This document shows positions 40,094 through 48,099 of a stretch of DNA of 64,000 bases, one piece after another. Made by a program: the position numbers and the translations under genes. The stretch's first letter is position 1. The number at the start of each line of letters is the position of its first letter. The stretch spans positions 1,674,001 through 1,738,000 of the forward strand of contig OZ287073.1 of the NCBI GenBank assembly GCA_965645245.1, written 5' to 3'. The notes beneath the pieces are model-generated. The model searched no databases and had not been told where the DNA came from. It saw nothing but the letters and a program-made list of their open reading frames with translations. Origin of the DNA: Massalongia carnosa. Lineage: Eukaryota.

Positions 40094-40887
40094 ATGAGGA
40101 TGTACTACCTTCTCCTCCTTCCACTCGCGTTGCTCCCCACTCTCGCCCAAAACCAGTCGTCGTCTACGGTGCTACAGTCCGAGATTAACCCAGCCAAGTT
40201 GCAAGTTCTCACCAGCAGCCAGAAACGTACAGCCAGCAGCTAACAATTCCCCTTCCTCAAAACCAGCAACAACACCGCGCAATTCAATTCGCTAGCACAG
40301 CAGATCATCTCGCAGTACATCCCGCCTAGCATTCTTCCCGGCCTGGGCGTCGCCATCCAGTCGGCCGCGGCCGCGGCCGGCATCACCGGCAACATCAACT
40401 CCATCGTGACCTCCGCCCTCACCGCCGCCACCCCGCCAGCCTTCCTGACCGCCGTGCCCACCCAATACCGGGCCAACATCGGGCAGGTGGAGGCGGCGCT
40501 GAGCACCATCCGCGAGGGCCTCAGCAGCGTCTCCCTCCGCGCGCTAAACGGCTCATTGCGGACGGTGAACTCGTCGATTCTGGTGGCGACGACCGATGCC
40601 CGTGGCGTACGTTTCGCCACCGTGCTCCCCGCTACGGTGGTCAACGGTACGAAGATCGTCTTGACGACCAGCACGAGCGCGCCAAGCCCGACCGCGAACA
40701 TGGTAAGATCGGCTTTCTCTCGCAACATCGCCGCCTTGTCGTCTACTAAGCAGTCCAACAGACTCTGCGCAATTCGACGGCGCCCCCGCCATCGCGCTCA
40801 AGCAGCGGCTTCGTAGCTGCAACCCAGATTCCGCTGGCAGCGGCGGCGGGCATCCTCGGAACGCTCGGCTTGATCCTGGCCCTCTAG
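40094..40887 (+). CDS. Secreted, probably GPI-anchored Ser/Thr/Ala-rich cell-surface protein, 3 exons
   Basis: Signal peptide MRMYYLLLLPLALLPTLAQ; C-terminal hydrophobic tail SSSGFVAATQIPLAAAAGILGTLGLILAL*. Confidence 0.8.
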
Positions 40888-41487
40888 AAAGCAGGTACAT
40901 GCGGGCAAAGTCAATGGCAGCAATATGCGTTATTTATTAGTGAACAATCTTGCTTTTTTGATTTTTTTAAATATCGTAATATTTCATAAAAATCTCTAGA
41001 CAGCCAGCAAGCAAGCTACACACCTAGACCTCAGGACTCTCTTTCTCCAACCGACCAACTAATAAGCGCCGCATCTCCCCCTTTTTTCCCTTTGTACATA
41101 CCTATATATACCGAAACGCTATGTACAGTGGAATGCGTTCCGTCGTGTGAACGAATCTATTCATATAGATACGTAAATATATAGATCCAGGCGTTTCCCT
41201 CTGCGCGGAAGTGAAGAAGAAACACATATGAAAATGAGTAGATAGACAGATACTGTAGATTGATAGATATCAAGTTTTTCTCTAACACCTATTCTTTTCT
41301 TCATTTTTCAATTTTCGTCATCATCGTCATCGGCGCTATTTTCTTTTTTTTCAACAGTAAGTAGCATCATCAACAGCACAACAAAGCATAATCTGAAAGA
41401 GGATTGCGCATCGTTTTCGAATTAACACATCAATTAACCTGACTTTGACAAGGAAAATGAAAATGAAAATGAAAAAATAACGACGAT

Positions 41488-41723
41488 TGTTGAATGTTCA
41501 ACTTCTACCAGCATTGCCTAGCCGATAGATTAGATAATATCAGATCTAATCTAAGCGCATAGAGGCTCGGATAAACTATTATCATCTCGCTTAGCAGAGG
41601 TGACCAAGATAAAAGGAACAGATTGCTCTGCACTCCGTAGCAACTCTTCATCCTTAACATCATGGTCATACAGGCCCCTATCTTTACATAGTCATATAGC
41701 CATAGTCATAGACCTATTCAACA
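41488..41723 (+). repeat. 5' LTR
   Basis: TGTTGAAT...ATTCAACA terminal inverted ends; matches the 3' LTR by eye. Confidence 0.97.
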
Positions 41724-41737
41724 GGTTATGAGCCCGG
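41724..41737 (+). promoter_or_regulatory. Primer-binding site complementary to the anticodon stem-loop of initiator tRNA-Met (half-tRNA priming type)
   Basis: GGTTATGAGCCC(GG) immediately after the LTR is complementary to GGGCUCAUAACC; it lacks the TGG start of a 3'-CCA-type PBS. Confidence 0.85.
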
Positions 41738-42163
41738 AAGGGCGCTATCGATCATACAGGAATCGAAGCAATTCTTATCCGCAGCATCACGATGCAAAAT
41801 CATTAGCTGAGCATCATTATCCTTTCTCGAAAAGAACTAGATGGACAATGCAAAGACTAAATCTCTACTTGTTTACAGACCTGAATCAGGCGGGATTCGC
41901 ACCCGCAAGTCTAGCTAGTTGAACAGCTTCGTGAAAGCACATCATGACAACCTCTCAATCAGATAGAGACGTTTAACAACAACGCCACCTGATCCAGCGT
42001 TCCCTACCTACAAAGGGTTATCAGAAAGAGCATGGAAATCATCTACATTATAAGCAGAGAGGCTCTTTGCCAGACTACAAGCATCAGAAGACATTCTCTT
42101 CATATCAGACCATCAGAATGCTCTCATGCCCGAATATCTGAGAGGCACTCCGGAGGATGACGT

Positions 42164-42530
42164 TGACCCAGAGGCAGACTCCAGTGGACCAATTCCATTG
42201 TTTGACCTCTGCTGCATCACCATCCATTTGACTTTTGACCCAGAGGCAGACTCCAGTGGACTAGCTCCAAGGTTTGACCTCTGCTGCATCATCACTCATT
42301 TGACATTGACCCAGAGACAGACTCCAGTGGACCAGTTCCAATGAGTGACCTCTGCTGCATCATTATTCATTTGACTTTGACCCAGAGACAGAACTCCAGT
42401 GGACCAGTTCCAATGAGTGACCTCTGCTGCATCATCATTCATTTGACTTTGACCCAGAGACAGAACTCCAGTGGACCAGTTCCAACGATTGACCTCTGCT
42501 GCATCATCATTCATTTGACTTTGACCCAGG
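42164..42530 (+). repeat. Tandem array of five 71-72-bp units (starts 42164, 42236, 42307, 42378, 42450, partial at 42522) in the copia leader
   Basis: Unit TGACCCAGAG(G/A)CAGA(A)CTCCAGTGGAC...TCCA...TGACCTCTGCTGCATCA...CATTTGAC. Confidence 0.95.
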
Positions 42531-42597
42531 AACAGACCTTTTCACTGAGTTTTGTTCAAAAACCGCGCAGCGCGGCCTTGACCACTCATGAAACTCT

Positions 42598-42880
42598 GAT
42601 TTCTGCTGAATCATCAATTGACTGACGTTGACCCAAGGGCAGACTTCATTCTGACTTTTGCTGCATCACCACTCAACTTACTTTGACCCAGAGACCGACC
42701 ATCTAAACTATCTTTCAGGGTCCGATTTCTGCTGAATCATCAAATGACTGACGTTGACCCAAGGGCAGACTTCATTCTGACTTTTGCTGCATCACCACTC
42801 AACATACTTTGATCCAGAGACAGACTTCGGAAATTCAGTTCCAAGGTTTGATCCTTGCTGCATCATTCATCAACAGACTT
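42598..42880 (+). repeat. Two-copy 126-bp higher-order repeat derived from the same unit
   Basis: GATTTCTGCTGAATCATCAA..GACTGACGTTGACCCAAGGGCAGACTTCATTCTGACTTTTGCTGCATCACCACTCAAC at 42598 and 42724. Confidence 0.9.
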
Positions 42881-43308
42881 TCTGACTAGTCTACGCGTAT
42901 ACAGATGGAGTAATCAGACTTCAATTAAGCAGAACGCCTCAATCGGGAAATTCGGAATCCGGAAAAAACCTTATTCCATTTAACAGGCCCGGCCTATTAA
43001 ATGGAACGGTCGGACCGTGGTTCCGACAGCCTATCTCCACACCACCAAGTGAAAGTTTCACCATCTGAAGAGAGTTCTTTCATGCGGGTACAAGCGTTGT
43101 GGCAAAGAAAGGAACATCACAGTTTGATGACAAAGGAAAGGAAATGTTTTGTCTATAACTAGATTACATATTCCCAATCTCCTCCATTCATTCCAGTGCA
43201 CATCCTACTCCTGCACCAATCTCAGAAACTTAGATACCTTTCAATCTACAGAAGTTTACTAGAGACCTCTTCTTCATCTTCATCTGACTCTCTTCATCTG
43301 ACTTCATC

Positions 43309-44244
43309 ATGTCTCTTCCTGACATCAACAGTTCTACAGAGAAGCCTCACCTTCTAGAGAACTCGGAACACTACTCAGCATGGGCTAGTTACACCAGAGG
43401 TATTCTGCTGAAGAATAACTGTGACACAGCCATTCTGGAAATCCAACCAGAGATCTCATTGGACTCCATCAGAGAGAGCCTCATCGTATCAGGGTTTACT
43501 CCGGCCAGTCTTACTACCAGCATCCTCGTCAAAGAACTTCGGGATGATAAGAACAGACAGAAAACCGAGATGACCAAGGCTATTGGAATCATCCATGGAC
43601 TGGTTGCACCATGTCACTACAACCTCATCAATAACAAGACCGCTGCCGAGATGTGGGCCATTCTGAAGAATAGATTCCAGGACGTGGCACCAATGAGCAT
43701 CACGGATGTCATCTTGAGGGTTAGTACGAAAAAGATGAGAGACTTCGACACAGTCAGTCAATACTGTTCAGAGTATGACGGTGCCTTCAATCAGATCAAG
43801 GGCATGTTGATCGAAGAGGTCAAGGTGAACGTCGACTCCATAGAATTTGTACTTCAGGGAATGCTGCTTGGTAACTGCACAGACAAGTATGACCCGCTCA
43901 TTGCACAACTCCGCAGGGACTGGACGCACGACACCACAAACCTTTCGGAAACAACAAAAATCCTCATAGCCTATGCACGAAACCTAACTGTCAAGGCTTT
44001 TCACACTGGCGCTTCCAACAGAGGTAGAGCACCTATCGGAAGTTGCACCGTTCCAGAGTGTGTAAATAGGAACAGAACACGACATTGGCCAGATGAGTGT
44101 TTCCAGAAATTCCCCCATCTAAAACGGGCGAGAGGAGACACGGCTGAATCAGGGAGGGTCAAGAGACAAAAGAACTCCAAGCCAGAAGTCACCACGTCAA
44201 CTCCAGGCACCACAGTCACTACAACTCCCACAGTGAGCAGTTGA
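43309..44244 (+). CDS. Copia Gag (311 aa) with variant zinc knuckle
   Basis: KTAAEMWAILKNRF capsid-like motif; CTVPECVNRNRTRHWPDEC knuckle; ends in TGA 44242-44244. Confidence 0.9.
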   Translation: MSLPDINSSTEKPHLLENSEHYSAWASYTRGILLKNNCDTAILEIQPEISLDSIRESLIVSGFTPASLTTSILVKELRDDKNRQKTEMTKAIGIIHGLVAPCHYNLINNKTAAEMWAILKNRFQDVAPMSITDVILRVSTKKMRDFDTVSQYCSEYDGAFNQIKGMLIEEVKVNVDSIEFVLQGMLLGNCTDKYDPLIAQLRRDWTHDTTNLSETTKILIAYARNLTVKAFHTGASNRGRAPIGSCTVPECVNRNRTRHWPDECFQKFPHLKRARGDTAESGRVKRQKNSKPEVTTSTPGTTVTTTPTVSS

Positions 44245-47200
44245 CTCACAGTGGTCATGACTACCACTCTACAGAAGGTCATGACCATCAACCATCTCAA
44301 CAGAGACACCTGGCTACTAGACAGCGCAGCGGACATGCACGTATGCAATCACAGGCCGTCGTTCATCAACTACATAACACGCTCCACAGGTCTGGCAGGA
44401 TCTACATCAGATGGCACGTCTCCAGGGAGGGGAATGATCCGGAAAACGTTGGCACTACAGGACGACTCACCCTCGTCAGTGTTAATACTGAACAACGTTC
44501 TTTTCATTCCACAGTGTCCAGTGAACCTCGTCAGTCTGGCACTACTCAACCAAAACAACATCTACTATGACAATGTTAACTGGACCCTATTCAACGGGAT
44601 TAGTCAGAACATCATAGGCTATGTGCCAAGAGTCAATACAAACTTTGTACTAAAGACCTTGGACGCCCCAGACGTGGCTACACATCTTATGCAGACAGAT
44701 GAGAGCACCTTTCAGTGGCCGAACACATCAGTCTACCACACGTCAGCCATAACAGACCTGTCAACATGGCATGCGCGTCTTGGTCATTTAAACCTGATCA
44801 CCTGCCGAGCTTTTCTGAAAAGACTCGATGTGTCGTACTCAGACAACGTGAACAAAGATTGGTACTGTTCATCCTGTGAACTCGGAAAGGCCACTAAGAT
44901 ATACAACCGGACACCTCAGGAGAGAGCAACAGGCATCTTTCAAAAGGTTCATTCCGATCTAGTAGGACCCATCAAACCAGCAGGACTTCTTGAAGAACAG
45001 TACTTCTTTACCTTCACCTACGATGCCAGCAGATACACTCATGTGTATACAGGCATCAAGAAGAGCGAATGGTTTGATCATCTGTTGACATACTACAGTC
45101 TAGCTCAGAACAAGACAGGAAAGAGCAAGCCAATAAACATCTTTCGAACTGATTTCGGCACAGAACTTCGAAGTCTGAAATCGGATGATTGGTTCCTGAA
45201 AGAAGGGATAACGTTTGAACCCTCCGCACCGTATTCACAGGAACAAAACGGTGTGTCTGAACGAACAGGCAGAACTATCATGGACATGACTAGATGTACC
45301 ATCATTGCAGGAGGCATTCCGGACTACCTATGGACAGAGGTGGTTTTAGCTATGGTTCACACAAAAAACGTCAGACCTACAAATGCTTTATCCGGAAAGA
45401 CCCCATTTGAAATTTACGAGTCAAAGTCACCTCCTCTGAATCATCTGCGAGTGTTGGGATCAACCGTGTATGTCCTCATTCATGAGGAAGAACGCAAAGG
45501 CGCCAACAGCAAATCGGCCAAATTTCTACCTCGGGCCCAACGCGGAGTCTTGTGTGGGTACGATGGATGCACAATCTATCGAGTCTTTCTGGAAAAGGAC
45601 TACAGGGTCATCAGGGTCAAAGATCTGCGCATTCACGAAGACGCCATCTCCAAAGACCAGACCAACGTTCCTACATACGAGGCCATCATGACTCCCGATA
45701 CAGTCACTCCATCAAAATCAACAGTCATTTCATCCCCCACAACGATTCCAAAACGTGGACGTGGCAGACCCAGGAAGCATGCTCAGATAGAACACGCATT
45801 GTCTCTTCTATCAGACACAGCTTTAGATGAACCCAATCATACTCCTACATACGATGACATAGACACAGAGGATCCACTCGTTCTTCTTGCCAGAACCTTG
45901 GAAAAGGAAGGATCATCAGGATTGGAAGACTATGACGCACTGTCTCAACTCGACATAGCTGAACCTCAGACATACCATCAAGCTATGAAAGGTCCACATT
46001 CCGAAAGCTGGAGTCGTTCCATGGACAATGAACACAACAGTCTTCTCGAGAACGAAACATGGACTCTTGTCAGAACCGAGGATATGGAGCCCAATCATAC
46101 TGCTCTCAGTGGAAAATGGGTATACAAACTGAAACGAGACGTCAATGGAAATATCACACGGTACAAATCCAGATGGGTGGTGAAAGGCTATCTCCAGCAG
46201 TACGGAGTAGATTTCGAACAGACCTATGCCTCCGTAGTGAAACCAATGGCCTTCCGATTATTGTTTGCCATAGCAGCTCATCATGACTTGGACATCGAAC
46301 AGCTTGATGTCGTCACAGCATTCTTGTATGGGGTAATAGATCAATTGATTTACGTCCAAATGCCCAAAGGATATGAAAAAGCGGGCATGATCTGCAAACT
46401 GAACAAGGCTCTCTATGGCCTGAAACAATCTCCACGCCTATGGTATGAAAGGCTATCCGAATTTCTACTTACCAAGCTGGGTCTGTCCAAACTTCACGCA
46501 GATCATAGTATCTTCTCCTCTTCGGCAGGAATAAGAGGTCCAATTGTTACCTCCTTCGTTGATGATCTGAACATCATAGGTCCAAAGGGATCTCCTATGA
46601 TATCTGAAGTCAAGAAACAACTGAACATTGCGTTCAAGATGGTGGACATGGGCCCAATCAGTCATTATCTAGGCCTAAAGGTAGAACGAAATCGCGATAA
46701 CAGAACAATCAAACTATCTCAATCTACCTACATCGAAAAGGTCCTGGAGAAGTTTCATATGCAGAACGCGAAAACTACCACCACCCCAATGAAAGAAGGC
46801 AGTCTATTCAGAAATGAATCCCAGGCCTCAGAATCAGACATTAAACAGTATCAAGCAATCGTCGGCTCCATCATGTTTGCTATGATAGAAACAAGGCCTG
46901 ACATTGCCTACGCGACCTCAGTGGTCAGCCGACATGCCAAAAATCCTGGCAAATCACACATGGAGGCAGCCAAGCAGATTCTCAGATATCTCAGTGCAAC
47001 CAGAGACAGAGGCATTACCTTTGGTGGCGGAGATTTGTCTATACAGGGCTATTCCGATTCTGATTGGGCCGGTGACAAGGAAGACCGCAAGTCCACCTCC
47101 GGATACGTCTTCATGCTGAACAATGGACCAATCAGTTGGGCCTCAAAAAGACAGAAAACCGTTGCCCTCTCATCCACAGAAGCCGAATATATGGCACTCA

Positions 47201-47547
47201 CCTTAGCTGCTAAGGAGACCATATGGATACGCTTATTGATGACAGAACTCGGGCTGATGCAGGATGATGCTACTCCGACAGTGAATGTACTTGAAAGGGA
47301 AGGCGCTATAGCATTGAAAGGTGATAATCAGAGTGCTATAGCACTGGCCAATAATCCCGTCTTACATTCAAGGACTAAGCACATCGACATTCAGCATCAC
47401 TTCATACGGAATGAGGTCACAGAGGGTCGAATAGACCTTACCTATGTTTCAACAGAACACATGGTAGCGGACGGACTGACCAAACCGCTTACCCACGTCA
47501 AATTCTTCTCCTTCATCAGACAACTTCACATGAATTCATCTAGTTGA
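44245..47547 (+). CDS. Copia Pol (protease-integrase-RT-RNase H), in frame with gag
   Basis: WLLDSAA protease; WHARLGH..CSSC, HSDLVGP, RTDFGTE, QNGVSER integrase; KWVYK, YKSRWVVKG, LYGLKQSPR, FVDD RT; YSDSDWAG, SSTEAEY, DNQSA, MVADGLTK RNase H. Confidence 0.97.
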   Translation, partial: LTVVMTTTLQKVMTINHLNRDTWLLDSAADMHVCNHRPSFINYITRSTGLAGSTSDGTSPGRGMIRKTLALQDDSPSSVLILNNVLFIPQCPVNLVSLALLNQNNIYYDNVNWTLFNGISQNIIGYVPRVNTNFVLKTLDAPDVATHLMQTDESTFQWPNTSVYHTSAITDLSTWHARLGHLNLITCRAFLKRLDVSYSDNVNKDWYCSSCELGKATKIYNRTPQERATGIFQKVHSDLVGPIKPAGLLEEQYFFTFTYDASRYTHVYTGIKKSEWFDHLLTYYSLAQNKTGKSKPINIFRTDFGTELRSLKSDDWFLKEGITFEPSAPYSQEQNGVSERTGRTIMDMTRCTIIAGGIPDYLWTEVVLAMVHTKNVRPTNALSGKTPFEIYESKSPPLNHLRVLGSTVYVLIHEEERKGANSKSAKFLPRAQRGVLCGYDGCTIYRVFLEKDYRVIRVKDLRIHEDAISKDQTNVPTYEAIMTPDTVTPSKSTVISSPTTIPKRGRGRPRKHAQIEHALSLLSDTALDEPNHTPTYDDIDTEDPLVLLARTLEKEGSSGLEDYDALSQLDIAEPQTYHQAMKGPHSESWSRSMDNEHNSLLENETWTLVRTEDMEPNHTALSGKWVYKLKRDVNGNITRYKSRWVVKGYLQQYGVDFEQTYASVVKPMAFRLLFAIAAHHDLDIEQLDVVTAFLYGVIDQLIYVQMPKGYEKAGMICKLNKALYGLKQSPRLWYERLSEFLLTKLGLSKLHADHSIFSSSAGIRGPIVTSFVDDLNIIGPKGSPMISEVKKQLNIAFKMVDMGPISHYLGLKVERNRDNRTIKLSQSTYIEKVLEKFHMQNAKTTTTPMKEGSLFRNESQASESDIKQYQAIVGSIMFAMIETRPDIAYATSVVSRHAKNPGKSHMEAAKQILRYLSATRDRGITFGGGDLSIQGYSDSDWAGDKEDRKSTSGYVFMLNNGPISWASKRQKTVALSSTEAEYMALTLAAKETIWIRLLMTELGLMQDDATPTVNVLEREGAIALKGDNQSAIALANNPVLHSRTKHIDIQHHFIRNEVTEGRIDLTYVSTEHMVADGLTKPLTHVKFFSFIRQLHMNSSS

Positions 47548-47600
47548 GTTCACACCGCGCAGCGCGGTTTTGATCATCAGAACAAGTACTGGCAGAACTT

Positions 47601-47609
47601 GAGGGAGGG
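47601..47609 (+). promoter_or_regulatory. Polypurine tract
   Basis: GAGGGAGGG directly before the 3' LTR. Confidence 0.9.
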
Positions 47610-47845
47610 TGTTGAATGTTCAACTTCTACCAGCATTGCCTAGCCGATAGATTAGATAATATCAGATCTAATCTAAGCGCATAGAGGCTCGGATAAACTA
47701 TTATCATCTCGCTTAGCAGAGGTGACCAAGATAAAAGGAACAGATTGCTCTGCACTCCGTAGCAACTCTTCATCCTTAACATCATGGTCATACAGGCCCC
47801 TATCTTTACATAGTCATATAGCCATAGTCATAGACCTATTCAACA
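47610..47845 (+). repeat. 3' LTR
   Basis: Matches the 5' LTR; followed by TSD ACGAT. Confidence 0.97.
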
Positions 47846-48099
47846 ACGATAGATGCTCGTAACGTTTATCTGACTACACCCCGTTTGCAAAATGGTGTGC
47901 CGAACTTTGAACCCCGAAACTGCGCGGTAAAAATAAAAAAAATAAGCGACAGAATTGGACCACACACCAGAATTTGGTGCAGTAGCTAATGGCCCTCCTC
48001 CCCTTCACACCGCCTTTTGCAGTCTATAGGATCGTACGGTTAATGATATCCTTTTGATTGTCGTTTGTATGAACTTTCAACGTAGTTATTCCAGTCATC

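Larger units (their letters stand above)
41488..47845 (+). mobile_element. Intact Ty1/copia LTR retrotransposon
   Basis: Identical 236-bp TG...CA LTRs (41488-41723, 47610-47845), TSD ACGAT (41483-41487, 47846-47850), PBS, PPT, gag then PR-IN-RT-RH order. Confidence 0.98.

Noticed and set aside
40240..40900. Long antisense ORFs opposite the GPI protein (and similar antisense ORFs over MON2, PRP5, HMG and rhodanese)
   Set aside because: Shadow frames of GC-rich coding sequence
42164..42530. CRISPR-like array
   Set aside because: Whole units are homologous with no unique spacers, there are no cas genes, and it lies inside a eukaryotic retrotransposon leader
42164..42530. tRNA-derived array (72-nt unit; ACCCAGAGG...TGGA...CCA...CCTCTGCT recalls the 3' half of animal tRNAi-Met)
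   Set aside because: No cloverleaf, D-loop, T-loop or anticodon loop; similarity is short, recalled from a non-fungal tRNA and may be chance. An alignment to host tRNAs would settle it
42113..42625. Short ORFs over the repeat array
   Set aside because: By-products of the repeats; 71-bp units shift frame
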